A DNA stretch of 64,000 nucleotides from Gemmatimonadales bacterium UBA7835 (GTDB taxonomy: Bacteria; Gemmatimonadota; Gemmatimonadetes; Longimicrobiales; Gaopeijiaceae): positions 5,291 through 69,290 of the forward strand of contig DLTN01000123.1 of the NCBI GenBank assembly GCA_002500925.1, read 5' to 3'. How positions within the stretch are numbered: the first letter of the stretch is position 1; the number at the start of each line of letters is the position of its first letter. A program made the position numbers and the translations under genes. The notes beneath the pieces were generated by a model that was not told the origin of the DNA, ran no database searches, and saw only the letters and a list, made by a program, of their open reading frames with translations. This document shows, in pieces, positions 10,255-21,729 of this stretch.

Positions 10255-10301
10255 AAGAACAAAAGCAGGAGGGAGTGGCGAATCTATTCGCCACTCCCTC
10301 T
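10255..10301 (-). terminator. Rho-independent terminator downstream of glnN, placed between convergent genes
   Basis: A perfect 14 bp stem GAGGGAGTGGCGAA/TTCGCCACTCCCTC (10269-10300) with a TCTA loop. On the minus strand it is followed by TGCTTTTGTTCTT. Confidence 0.8.
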
Positions 10302-10344
10302 CCCTTCAGGTCACAACACCCCCGCTCGGACGCCTGTCCTGCCT

Positions 10345-12513
10345 CTACTTCACAAAGAGCATGTCCCGATAAGCAGGTACCGGCCAAAGGTCATCAGGCA
10401 CCACGCGCTCAAGACGATCTACTACGTCACGGACGTCATTCATCGCGGGTATAATGTTCGTTCTCATGTGTTCGGCTTTTGAGACCACGTCGTCACCGCC
10501 AAGCTCTTGGTTCACTGACGCTAACAATCCAGTCTTCTCGTTGAGCGCGTCGACTAAGTCATTAACTCGTTGCGCCGTCGCCAGAACACCGCCGGCCTTC
10601 ATACCGAGATCGTCCGCGCGCTCCGCTGTGGTGAGCAAGTTATTCAAGTACCGAACCGCAGCCGGTAAGAACATCGTCTCTGCCATGTGCTGCGCCGTCT
10701 CGCCTTCGATGTTGATAGCTATGAAGTACTGTTCGACAAAGATCTCGAAACGGCTCTCCAGTTCGCGATTAGATAGCACGCCGTATTTCTCGAAGAGTTT
10801 TAGATTCTTCTCGTCCACCATCTTAGGCAAAGCGTCCATGGTGCTGCGCAGGTTCAGTAACCCACGACCCTCTGCCTCAGTAACCCACTCATCCGCGTAG
10901 TTGTCACCGTTGAAGATCACGTGTTTGAATTCGTGGATCTCCGAGGCTAGCAAGGAACGGAGCGCATCATCAAACGATGTGCCTTGCTCGAGTTCAGCTT
11001 CGAGCTTCGTACACAGATCATCAATCGCCTCGGCGACTACGGTATTTAGCACCATAGCCGGAAAAGAAACGCTCTGCGACGAGCCGAGCGCACGGAACTC
11101 CCACTTGTTACCCGTGAAAGCGAAAGGAGAAGTTCGGTTCCGGTCACCCGCGTGCTTAGGGAGATTTGGGAGCGATTTCACTCCAAGGCCAAGAAGGCCA
11201 GAAGGCATACTACTGGTGGCCTCACCTGCCTTCTCAATCTGCTCAAAAACATCCTGAAGCTGATCACCGCAGAAAGCCGAGATAATGGCTGGAGGCGCTT
11301 CGTTAGCGCCAAGACGGTGGTCATTCCCTGCATGGGCTACGGCTGCTCGCAGCAGATCCTGGTGCTTAGCTACAGCCTTTAGTGTAGCCGAGCAGAAGAA
11401 CAGGAACTGCATGTTATCGTGCGGAGTCTCACCGGGTTCCAGAAGGTTCTGATCTTCCGTGCTAAGCGACCAATTCAGGTGCTTACCGCTGCCGTTCACA
11501 CCCTGGAACGGTTTCTCATGCAGTAAGCAAACGAGTCCATACTTTCGAGCCACCCGGAGAAGCGTAGACATTACGAGTTGCTGATGGTCCGCTGCCTGGT
11601 TGGCATCTTCATAGATAGGAGCCATCTCATACTGACCCGGTGCCACCTCATTGTGACGTGTGGTGATCGGCACCCCGAGCCTATAAAGCTCAAGCTCCAC
11701 CTCATTCATGCATTCTAGGACGCGCGATGGGATCGACCCGAAATAGTGATCGTCAAGCTCCTGACCCTTTGGCGGTTTTGTGCCAAATAGCGTTCGGCCC
11801 GCAGTTTGAAGGTCTGGTCGTCGGTAGTAGAACTCCTCGTCGACCAGAAAGAACTCCTGCTCAGCACCACAAGTCGCGGTAACGGGCTTCGATGGAGAGC
11901 CAAATAGTTCAAGGGCACGACGCGCCTGAACGTCAATCACATCCATCGAACGAAGTAAGGGCGTCTTCTTGTCGAGTGCATCGCCCGCCCACGATGCAAA
12001 AACAGTAGGAATGCATAGATACGCCCCGCCCGGACCCTCCATAATAAAGGCTGGTGAGGTCGGATCCCATCCTGTGTATCCCCTCGCTTCGAAAGTGGCT
12101 CGCAGGCCGCCGGTAGGAAATGAGGACCCGTCAGGCTCACCCTGCACAAGCTCCTTACCTCGGAAGTCTGTAATAGCACGGCCGTCCCCAGTCGGCTTTA
12201 AAAAGGAGTCATGTTTTTCAGCTGTGCTGCCGGTCAATGGCTGAAACCAGTGGGCATAATGGGTGGCACCCTTCTCTAGAGCCCACTCCTTCATAGCGGA
12301 CGCTACTGCGTCCGCAACTGACTCGTCCAGCTCTGTCCGGTTCTGGATCGTAGAGAGCAAAGCCTCATACTGCGCACTAGGCATACGAGCTTTCATCTCG
12401 TAGAGACCGAAAAGATTTTCACCAAACACCTCTTCAAGGTTTGTGCGGGTTCGCTTCTCAATCGCAGTTGTCGAGTCGTATTTCGCTGCAGCCAGAGTGT
12501 CGAAGCGTGACAT
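10345..12513 (-). CDS. glnN: Glutamine synthetase type III
   Basis: About 722 aa from the ATG at 12513, which is preceded by GGAG. Size and sequence ([36 protein letters not shown]) are typical of GSIII. Confidence 0.92.
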   Translation of the reverse strand: MSRFDTLAAAKYDSTTAIEKRTRTNLEEVFGENLFGLYEMKARMPSAQYEALLSTIQNRTELDESVADAVASAMKEWALEKGATHYAHWFQPLTGSTAEKHDSFLKPTGDGRAITDFRGKELVQGEPDGSSFPTGGLRATFEARGYTGWDPTSPAFIMEGPGGAYLCIPTVFASWAGDALDKKTPLLRSMDVIDVQARRALELFGSPSKPVTATCGAEQEFFLVDEEFYYRRPDLQTAGRTLFGTKPPKGQELDDHYFGSIPSRVLECMNEVELELYRLGVPITTRHNEVAPGQYEMAPIYEDANQAADHQQLVMSTLLRVARKYGLVCLLHEKPFQGVNGSGKHLNWSLSTEDQNLLEPGETPHDNMQFLFFCSATLKAVAKHQDLLRAAVAHAGNDHRLGANEAPPAIISAFCGDQLQDVFEQIEKAGEATSSMPSGLLGLGVKSLPNLPKHAGDRNRTSPFAFTGNKWEFRALGSSQSVSFPAMVLNTVVAEAIDDLCTKLEAELEQGTSFDDALRSLLASEIHEFKHVIFNGDNYADEWVTEAEGRGLLNLRSTMDALPKMVDEKNLKLFEKYGVLSNRELESRFEIFVEQYFIAINIEGETAQHMAETMFLPAAVRYLNNLLTTAERADDLGMKAGGVLATAQRVNDLVDALNEKTGLLASVNQELGGDDVVSKAEHMRTNIIPAMNDVRDVVDRLERVVPDDLWPVPAYRDMLFVK

Positions 12514-12602
12514 GGAAACTCCAAATAGGGTGAGGTGCCTTAACTGTCCGAGAACCTGCGAAAGACAGGACACACTCTCAACCCCACAATAAGCTATTTT
12601 AT

Positions 12603-12631
12603 GCTAACTTTTATTACGCTAATATTTATTA
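12603..12631. promoter_or_regulatory. Tandem direct repeat in the AT-rich divergent promoter region between glnN and the ATPase gene
   Basis: GCTAACTTTTATTA (12603-12616) and GCTAATATTTATTA (12618-12631) are 15 nt apart. They lie inside an 84 nt very AT-rich intergenic region. Confidence 0.25.
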
Positions 12632-12657
12632 TTTCCTTATATCTAATGGTATAGAGC

Positions 12658-14136
12658 GTGCGCTTTACAGGAAGATCCCGTGAACTCGGCATTCTCCGAA
12701 CCGGATTCGATAAGCTAGAAGCTCAGTGTCATTTTGTGAGCGGACCGCCTGGAGCAGGCACCTCCACACTAGTACGCCATGCAAGCAAAGGCCGATCCGG
12801 GCTTTCATTTCGGTGTCCACCCCGCCCCGATCCACTCATCCGGCTCTCACTCCGAGACCGCATAGAACAAACGTTCCATCAGGCACCCATAAGCAGCGAC
12901 CTTCAGCAATCCGAAACGACACACGAGTCAATCACACAGTCGAGTGGCGCGACCCTAGGATGGGCTCAGTTGTTCTCGCTCCTTTTGGGACAGGCTGAGA
13001 AGAGTAAACCCTTCATCTTGACCCTGGACGACGCCCATCGGCTGACCGAAGCGAGATCACGATTTGAGGTTGCACTTGCAGATGCCTTGAGGAAGGCTCA
13101 AGGATCAGGGATCCCATTCCACGTGGTCCTCGCAGGAAGAGCCGGATCCATGCCAAAAGTCGGCCTAGACTTGCCGATCACAGCACCCAAGACTCGGATT
13201 CACGTGGGCCCCCTCCCTCTGCGAGCTGCAGCCCCCCACCTCCCCGGCAACGAAGCGTACGAGAAAATCCGAGCTTACGGTGTCTTTGGTGGCTATCCCG
13301 GAGTCCTCACACACCTCGACACTAAGGTAACCGTCGGGACGAACGTCCGGCGCCTCCTGCTTCCCGATACCGGAAGCCTAGGGGACCTGCCAATGACATG
13401 GCTTGAAACAGCGATTCACACTCCCACTCGCTACATCGCCGTGCTTGAATCATTGTCACAAGGCGAAGCCGGATGGGCTCAACTATCCAAGGCGATCCCA
13501 GACCTTACGAAGGCTGGACAGATAGCCCCCTACCTAAAGAAGCTCTCAGAACTCGGATTAATCCATGCTCATCGCTCGCTCGATGCGAGGCCGCGTGGTC
13601 GTAACACAAGGTATGCCCTTTCCGACCCATTCCTTGCCTTCTGGCTCCGCTTTATTCTGCCGTGGCGCTCTTCGGAGCGAGATGAGGAGATCGTTCCTTA
13701 CTACGCGTCGGAAGTCCGACCCAGAATCCGCGATCATCTCCAGCAGGTCATGGCTCCAGTATGCCGCCGACACATGGAGATAGATGCATTAGAGACATTC
13801 GGGTCCAACGCACGCGACGCTGGAGCAATCTGGAACAACGAAGCCGAGCTGCCCATAGCCGGGACGCTGGGCACCGGAGCTACATACTACGGCCTCTGCC
13901 TCTGGGACCCTCCAGCAAACAGACCCCGCAAGCCAGAGCTCACTCCCCTAGAAAAAATCGACCGGAGTATTCGAAATACCCGATACGGCTTTGGGCGCGA
14001 GCAAAGACTCAGGGTTGTGTTCACTGGGAAAAACACACCAAACTGGCTACGACGGGAGGCCGCCCGACGGAGTGACGCCCGTATCATCAATGCGTCCGAC
14101 ATGCTCGGGGATAAGTCAGATCAAGGAACGTCCTAA
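12658..14136 (+). CDS. AAA-type ATPase with DUF234-like C-terminal domain
   Basis: Walker A GPPGAGTST and Walker B-like FILTLDDAH. The 492 aa architecture resembles the archaeal-ATPase/DUF234 family. GTG start. Confidence 0.7.
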   Translation: MRFTGRSRELGILRTGFDKLEAQCHFVSGPPGAGTSTLVRHASKGRSGLSFRCPPRPDPLIRLSLRDRIEQTFHQAPISSDLQQSETTHESITQSSGATLGWAQLFSLLLGQAEKSKPFILTLDDAHRLTEARSRFEVALADALRKAQGSGIPFHVVLAGRAGSMPKVGLDLPITAPKTRIHVGPLPLRAAAPHLPGNEAYEKIRAYGVFGGYPGVLTHLDTKVTVGTNVRRLLLPDTGSLGDLPMTWLETAIHTPTRYIAVLESLSQGEAGWAQLSKAIPDLTKAGQIAPYLKKLSELGLIHAHRSLDARPRGRNTRYALSDPFLAFWLRFILPWRSSERDEEIVPYYASEVRPRIRDHLQQVMAPVCRRHMEIDALETFGSNARDAGAIWNNEAELPIAGTLGTGATYYGLCLWDPPANRPRKPELTPLEKIDRSIRNTRYGFGREQRLRVVFTGKNTPNWLRREAARRSDARIINASDMLGDKSDQGTS

Positions 14137-14186
14137 GCCCGAACTGTCACGCCTGTGTCAACTAATTCCTGAAGATACACCCGTAC

Positions 14187-16136
<1,950 letters not shown>

Positions 16137-16157
16137 TTATGCGGCGCGGCGTGGCGC

Positions 16158-16517
16158 CTATTCAGTCTCCGCCTGCACGAAGACAATGCGCTCAATCGGT
16201 GTGTCCGGCATGTAATCGTTCACACGCCGGACAAAGTCACCCTTCATCATGTTTAATTCCATCAACCACGGACTGCTGCGAACCTCTACTATAAGAACCC
16301 CATCTTCTACGCTACGGGCCCGGGTCACCCTGGCCACAGCATCTCCTACTAACGCGGACCACTCATCCAACACAGACATGCGGCGAACCTGATCTAACAC
16401 GCCATGGTCCTCAAGAATCTTGTCTACTATCGAGCCCAGAGCTACCGGTTTTTTAGAACCTTCCTCTCCACCGAACTCGAAACGAGCGAAACCCTCGTCA
16501 GCGCTGGCTCTCATCAC
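16158..16517 (-). CDS. DUF721 (DciA-like) protein
   Basis: A 119 aa ORF in the conserved recF-DUF721-gyrB position. The start shares an ATGA overlap with the recF stop. Confidence 0.75.
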   Translation of the reverse strand: MMRASADEGFARFEFGGEEGSKKPVALGSIVDKILEDHGVLDQVRRMSVLDEWSALVGDAVARVTRARSVEDGVLIVEVRSSPWLMELNMMKGDFVRRVNDYMPDTPIERIVFVQAETE

Positions 16518-17638
16518 GTCGTGATCTCCCCAGCCTCAATCTTCCAGCGTGGCAAGGCGTCGCGTCGGACCCTGACATCCGCGTCCTTGGGTGCTGTTAA
16601 GACAACCTGTCCCGTATCTTCCGCTTCCATCACCTCAAGAATCCGTTCGCTTCGCCCCGCATCGAGTTCCGCAAAAACATCATCAAGAAGAATCATGGGT
16701 CTCCGACTCCGACGCTCACGTATCGTCATCGCTTCGACCAATCGCAGAGCAAGTGCAGCCGTGCGTCGCTGACCACCTGAACCGTAGTCCCTGAAATCCA
16801 AGTCGTCACCCGTGCCACACACCTGTAAACGCAGATCGTCCCGATGCGGTCCGACCAACGTTATTCCGCGACGCGCCTCTCTGTCACGGGAACCCTCTAG
16901 TGCCTCACGGAATGACTCCCTCGACGCTGCTATGTCAGCTCCGCTCTCCAACGATACGTTCGGTCGGTAGGACATCCGCGCGCTCCGTCCGCCACTAATA
17001 CGTCTATAGTAGCCGTCGAACGCACTGGATCGTGATTCGATCCAGCTTCGTCGCCAAATCATGATCTCGGCGCCGGCCTCGGTCAGGCCCGGATCCCAGG
17101 CTGAGACAACCGACGCAGGCTGACCCGCTTTCAGGGCCGCGTTTCGGCTCACAAGATTTTTCTTGTAGCTGGACAGGGACTTGACGTAGCCTGGCTCGTT
17201 GAGCGCAAGGACGATATCCAAGAAACGTCGCCGATCCGCAGGCCCGCCGCTGACTAAGTCGACGTCCGAAGGTGAAAAGATCACGGCCGAGAAGTGACCT
17301 AGGCCATCGGCAAGCCGATCAGAGTTAGCACCGTTGACCGACACCCTCTTTCTCTTGCCCTTCTTTTCGAAGGCAGCCGCAACACGGGTTCCATGAGGTT
17401 CGTCCGATTGTCCTTCCGTCTTTCCTACAACTCGGAAAACCTCCTCTCCGAACGCAACCATCTGAGAATCACGAGCTCCCCGAAAGGAACGCAGTGTCTC
17501 AAGATAGTATATGGCTTCGAGAAAATTAGACTTTCCCTGAGCATTGTCCCCGATCAGCGCCACCCCTTCACGAGGCACCTCCAAATCCTGATTTTTGAGA
17601 TTTCGGAAGTGCCTTACAGAGAGCTCGCTGAGATACAC
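16514..17638 (-). CDS. recF: DNA replication and repair protein RecF
   Basis: Walker A GDNAQGKSNFLEAI, signature SGGQRRTAALALRL and Walker B ILLDDVFAELD. Confidence 0.95.
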   Translation of the reverse strand: MYLSELSVRHFRNLKNQDLEVPREGVALIGDNAQGKSNFLEAIYYLETLRSFRGARDSQMVAFGEEVFRVVGKTEGQSDEPHGTRVAAAFEKKGKRKRVSVNGANSDRLADGLGHFSAVIFSPSDVDLVSGGPADRRRFLDIVLALNEPGYVKSLSSYKKNLVSRNAALKAGQPASVVSAWDPGLTEAGAEIMIWRRSWIESRSSAFDGYYRRISGGRSARMSYRPNVSLESGADIAASRESFREALEGSRDREARRGITLVGPHRDDLRLQVCGTGDDLDFRDYGSGGQRRTAALALRLVEAMTIRERRSRRPMILLDDVFAELDAGRSERILEVMEAEDTGQVVLTAPKDADVRVRRDALPRWKIEAGEITT

Positions 17639-17767
17639 GGTTAACTAGTCTGGAGAGTCTCAAATGCCATTCGGAAATCTAACGATTTCGTGCCCCACCG
17701 CGAACTCCAAAAAAGCGCTAAGGCTAGGGTCTTCGGGGGAAGACATCGCCCCTTGGACTTAAGGTGG

Positions 17768-18544
17768 TCACGACCCCTTAAACTCAGCTTTCCGCTTATC
17801 AAGAAACGCTTGCATCCCTTCCTTCATATCTTCGGTCGACGCGAGCAAGCCGAACGCCGACGACTCAAAGCCAAGGGCGGCTTCAGTCCCAGTATCCAAA
17901 GCCCGGTAGATGGACTCTAGCGCGAGCCTAACGGCTACAGGTCCATTTTTTGTGATTTTTCTTGCGAGTATTTTCGCTTCGTCCATAACAGCATCTGGCT
18001 TCGCCACCAGGGACACTAGTCCTATGGCTTGAGCCCTCTCTGCCCCGATGACCTCACCAGACAATGTCAATTCGATAGCTCGCCCCAGGCCCACAAGTCT
18101 CGTCAACCTGACAGTACCCCCGTACCCAGGGATGATGCCCAGCCCAACCTCCGGGAGACCGAAACGAGCGTTCTCGCTCGCAACACGCAGGTGACAGGCA
18201 AGGGCCAGCTCACACCCACCTCCGAGCGCATATCCTGAAATGGAAGCTATTACCGGTTTGGGAAACAATTCGATTGCTCGAAACACTTCTTGTCCTGCCC
18301 TACTCACGGCTACGCCCGACATCGAACTCATGGTCGATAACTCACCGATATCGGCCCCGGCAACAAATGCTTTCTCCCCAGCACCACTGAGTATCACAGC
18401 GCGTACAGTATCATCGTCACCCAAGCGGGTGAATACTTCGCCAAGCTCTTGAACTACTTCACCGTTAAGGGCATTGAGCTTCTCCTGCCGGTCGATGCTA
18501 ACGATTGCTAGCTCATCGTCGTGCTGGACCTTGATGTATGTCAT
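17768..18544 (-). CDS. Enoyl-CoA hydratase (crotonase family)
   Basis: ILSGAGEKAFVAGADI and GYALGGGCELALACH motifs. I chose the start MTYIKVQHDD (ATG at 18544) by comparison with typical crotonase N-termini. Confidence 0.88.
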   Translation of the reverse strand: MTYIKVQHDDELAIVSIDRQEKLNALNGEVVQELGEVFTRLGDDDTVRAVILSGAGEKAFVAGADIGELSTMSSMSGVAVSRAGQEVFRAIELFPKPVIASISGYALGGGCELALACHLRVASENARFGLPEVGLGIIPGYGGTVRLTRLVGLGRAIELTLSGEVIGAERAQAIGLVSLVAKPDAVMDEAKILARKITKNGPVAVRLALESIYRALDTGTEAALGFESSAFGLLASTEDMKEGMQAFLDKRKAEFKGS

Positions 18545-18733
18545 ATCGCCCATGTCTAAAGCGTCTCCCGAAAGCATGATCGAACGTCGAGGTGGGCCGA
18601 AAGATAGCTACCTCGAACCTCATGGAAAAACATTGACGACAGCCTTACCTTGGGCCCTGCTTCGACGCCCTAAAGAGAAGCGTCAAATTCCTTACCGGCC
18701 TCTGGGCCGCCCCGAACTAGGAGTCTTGTTTCC

Positions 18734-19165
18734 ATGAGTCGCTCGCTAAATAAGGTCATGCTGATCGGCAACGTGGGGAACGACCCAGAGATCCGTGCTA
18801 CGAGCTCTGGAACACGAGTTGGTAAAGTCTCTCTGGCAACTAACCGGTCCTGGACCGATCGATCAGGCGCAAAAGCCGAAAAAACTGAGTGGCACCGACT
18901 GACCTTCTTCGGTCGGCTGGTGGACATCGTCGAGCAGTACGTGAAAAAGGGAGATCGACTCTACGTTGAGGGTCGAATAGAGTACTCGCAGACCGAAGGA
19001 GACAACGGGCCAAAGTACTGGACCGACGTTGTAATAACGGAAATGGTGATGCTCGGATCCTCGGGAGTAGGAGGCAGTGATTTTGGGGGAACGAGCGGAG
19101 GCGATTTCACCGGTGGTGGCTCAGCCACACCCGGACCCGAGCCAGACGACGACCTGCCATTCTGA
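18734..19165 (+). CDS. ssb: Single-stranded DNA-binding protein
   Basis: OB-fold start NKVMLIGNVGNDPEIR, a Gly-rich tail and the acidic tip DDDLPF. AGGAG lies upstream. Confidence 0.93.
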   Translation: MSRSLNKVMLIGNVGNDPEIRATSSGTRVGKVSLATNRSWTDRSGAKAEKTEWHRLTFFGRLVDIVEQYVKKGDRLYVEGRIEYSQTEGDNGPKYWTDVVITEMVMLGSSGVGGSDFGGTSGGDFTGGGSATPGPEPDDDLPF

Positions 19166-19211
19166 ATCACCCTCAGCACGGGACCCCTTACTACTATTCG
19201 TGCCTCCCGCC

Positions 19212-19532
19212 TTACCCCTCGTCTTCCTGTCGCTTCCAGAGGCCTAGTAGGTATGCATCATAGCGCTTAGGGTGGCGCCTATAATCCTCAACCCAAACCT
19301 CGAACGGCGGGAGTGCTACACGACGGCTAAGCCACTCCGTTGCTATCCCAACCATCTCAGTGTACGAGATATCATCGGCCTTCGCTTCCTCGGTCAGGAC
19401 ACTGTGAGCCAGGGTGTAAATCTCATCAGGGCTCATGTACACGAGTAGATCCGCCACCTGCGCAGAACAGTAGTCATGATACTTCGCGCGCAGGATGTGA
19501 AGCGGCTCTTCCGAACCTCCTGCTCCATCCAC
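19212..19532 (-). CDS. Hypothetical protein, paralogous to the C-terminal half of ORF 21730-22428
   Basis: A 106 aa ORF. ALPPFEVWVEDYRRHPKRYDAYLLGL aligns with PLPDFESWARDFLARPEAYRLYTHTL of the 232 aa ORF. I recognise no known family. Confidence 0.6.
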   Translation of the reverse strand: MDGAGGSEEPLHILRAKYHDYCSAQVADLLVYMSPDEIYTLAHSVLTEEAKADDISYTEMVGIATEWLSRRVALPPFEVWVEDYRRHPKRYDAYLLGLWKRQEDEG

Positions 19533-19656
19533 CGCGATGCCTCCGCCGGACGTGAATAAGCCCCGCCAAGTTCACATGGCTAGCCAAGAAAGGGCTCTAG
19601 GTCTCCGTCTACTGTTGTCGGCAAAGACTCACTAAAGCAAGCCTTTTGGAGCCTAG

Positions 19657-19869
19657 CTAGAGTGAAGGGGGCCCAACCTGAAGGTCGACTTCCGCGAGGC
19701 TGGACTCTTTTTGACGAAGGTGTCGGTATATAGAACGGCGCGTCAGCCCATACAAAATCACCCTGCTCATGAATTCCGGGTCGTCGGCTTGAAGCTCCTC
19801 CGCCTGGTCTGCGATTTCACGCGGAAGCTGGACAGACAGTTCCACGGAGCGCGTCTCCCACATAGACAA
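19657..19869 (-). CDS. Small ribbon-helix-helix-like protein (putative DNA-binding)
   Basis: A 70 aa ORF. VELSVQLPREIADQAEEL ... EFMSRVILYGL has a strand-helix-helix pattern. A GAGGGCGAGGA Shine-Dalgarno lies about 6 nt upstream of the ATG. Confidence 0.55.
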   Translation of the reverse strand: MSMWETRSVELSVQLPREIADQAEELQADDPEFMSRVILYGLTRRSIYRHLRQKESSLAEVDLQVGPPSL

Positions 19870-20054
19870 TCCTCGCCCTCAATTGACTGTGAAAAATTAC
19901 ACTTCTCTGGGAATCCCTCAGCTCCGCAGAAAACAATCAGCGGAGCCGATGAGAGGCGCTAGCAACCTCAGGGGCAGGAATCCTAAAGAGGTCCGAGAGC
20001 GTGCGCAACCCCTTTTTGGATGAGATTTTACGCAATTACTGCATATGCTAAGCT

Positions 20055-20067
20055 GTTGCAGTGCAAC
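20055..20067. promoter_or_regulatory. Perfect 13 bp palindrome GTTGCA-G-TGCAAC (operator-like)
   Basis: Seen directly in the ORF-free region. The half-site GTTGCAG recurs at 20446-20452. Confidence 0.2.
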
Positions 20068-20568
20068 GACTTAAGAATTTGCCTAAATCCAATAATCAAC
20101 TGTTCCCAAAGATGATCGCAGCTTATACTCTGATGACACTAATAGCCGGAAGCTCAAGTCTTGCATTGCCTTGCGACTCCGGCATGTAGACCAAAACGAG
20201 CAGGACCCGTTGAGATTTTTTTACAAAAACTGGCCAGATAAAAACATTGCGAAGAAAGTGAGTTCGGGGGCTCATTTGCGAATCAAAAAAATCTTCGCGA
20301 GCCTCTCACGGCGCCTTTTCATCTGAGCCGACTCAAGCTAATTGGCCAAGCCCAGCCGACTGAGCACACGAACTCTGTGCAGTCTCGTTAGGACCACGAT
20401 CACGGCAAAGTAAAATGGACTTTCGACGCTTACAAAGATCACGCGAGTTGCAGCGGTCGCGAACGTCGCTAGCGCCAACAGTCCTCTCCGTCCGGTAGCG
20501 ACCCACCGGTCCTAATCAAAGCCCGAAATGGAATCCAGGCGACACTAGTTAGGCACAGAGAACATCAA

Positions 20569-21462
20569 TCAGTGGATGAAGTCAGATCCCGCCATCGGTG
20601 ACTGGATGCGGACGGTACTCACGCTCGGTTCTCGGATCTGAAGCCCTGCCAGAGTCTCACGTGCGCCAAAGGTGTTCATCAAAGCTTCGATCGAAGAGAA
20701 GCGTTCTGCCTCAAAGCGCGCCATCAAAGCAACCAGGCCACGTCTCATCTGTCCCAATACTAGACGGGCTTCTCCAAGACCTACTGGAACCGGGAAGCGG
20801 ACGTGATAGGATACCGCATCAGTTCGGGAAGACGGGTCCTCCCGATGGATATCCGCTTCGGTGAACGCCACGCCGAGAGCGTGCTCAAGCTGACGGTCAG
20901 CCGCCTGGAAGGCTGTCTTGAACAACAGTGAACACGTGTCGTAATCCAGATAAGCCCGTGTCAAACGTCCCCGCCCCATCACAAATCGGATCGAAGTTCC
21001 TTCATGCAGATCAAGATCACGACAGATATCGCGGAACCCGACCCGAAGAAAGGTCGGGCGAGAGAGTGGGCCAAATCCGATACGCTCAAGGACCGTAAGT
21101 CCGAGCTTCCGGCTGTAGCTTCTAATGGCATCGTACTCCTGCTTGGAGGAAGACTCGGTAATTAAAGCCGCGACATATTCCACCGTCGGCTCGTACACCC
21201 AGTCAAGCACTACTAACTCCGTACTCAAATCCAGCACCTTCACATTGCCGCTGCCTAGGTCAACAGCTGCTGACGTCGAGGCAAAACGCCCGTCGACGAT
21301 CAGAGCAAGGCCGATATCTTCAATACGGCCACCTGAGGCGTCCGTCTCATGAAGATTCCTATACTGAACAACCGCACGTGTTAGTGGAATCTCACAAATA
21401 CCCGGTACGTCACCCATGGCGTCCGGGCGAGTCTCGGCCTGAGTCATCGAATGAAGCTGCAT
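20569..21462 (-). CDS. Hypothetical protein (297 aa, no recognisable family)
   Basis: A long ORF with coding-like G+C. The ATG at 21462 (MQLHSMTQ) is preceded by GGAGGAG with a 5 nt spacer. The track start at 21567 lacks a Shine-Dalgarno. Confidence 0.65.
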   Translation of the reverse strand: MQLHSMTQAETRPDAMGDVPGICEIPLTRAVVQYRNLHETDASGGRIEDIGLALIVDGRFASTSAAVDLGSGNVKVLDLSTELVVLDWVYEPTVEYVAALITESSSKQEYDAIRSYSRKLGLTVLERIGFGPLSRPTFLRVGFRDICRDLDLHEGTSIRFVMGRGRLTRAYLDYDTCSLLFKTAFQAADRQLEHALGVAFTEADIHREDPSSRTDAVSYHVRFPVPVGLGEARLVLGQMRRGLVALMARFEAERFSSIEALMNTFGARETLAGLQIREPSVSTVRIQSPMAGSDFIH

Positions 21463-21729
21463 CGCGGCTCCTCCGGAGCTTGGCGAAGTGCGTTTAGCAG
21501 GGGAGAGCGCCCCTGTCACAAGGCAAGGTGCTCTAAATATCCAGTATGAATCCACCACCCTGAGCACATAACTGTTTTACAGTTTTCAGAGAGGGGTCAC
21601 CAAATAACAATCTGTTTAAGTCCATCGCAAGGAAAAAAATTTGAATAGGATCTGATGGTTGCACCGGATTCGTTACTCAAGCATCATTCAACCGACGATC
21701 GACCGTATGTCACCGGGGTACACTGATAC

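Noticed and set aside
12514-12657. A glutamine riboswitch (glnA RNA) or sigma-54 promoter upstream of glnN
   Set aside because: I could not find the conserved GGAAG/AAGGAACG riboswitch elements or a TGGCAC-N5-TTGC promoter. Only a 5 bp hairpin and a GGAG Shine-Dalgarno are present.
19870-20568. Possible tmRNA, RNase P RNA, SRP RNA or tRNA in the ORF-free block
   Set aside because: I found no GGTTCGAATCC-type T-arm or CCA end. There is no GAGGAAAGTCCGGGC RNase P core; only GTCGAAAGTCCATTTT is present on the minus strand. There is no SRP GGAAG/AGCA helix-8 pattern.
20569-20581. DnaA-box-like sequence AGTGGATGA, raising the idea of an oriC near recF/gyrB
   Set aside because: It is a single 7/9 match lying on a stop codon. 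There is no cluster of boxes, no dnaA or dnaN, and no AT-rich unwinding repeats arranged like an origin.
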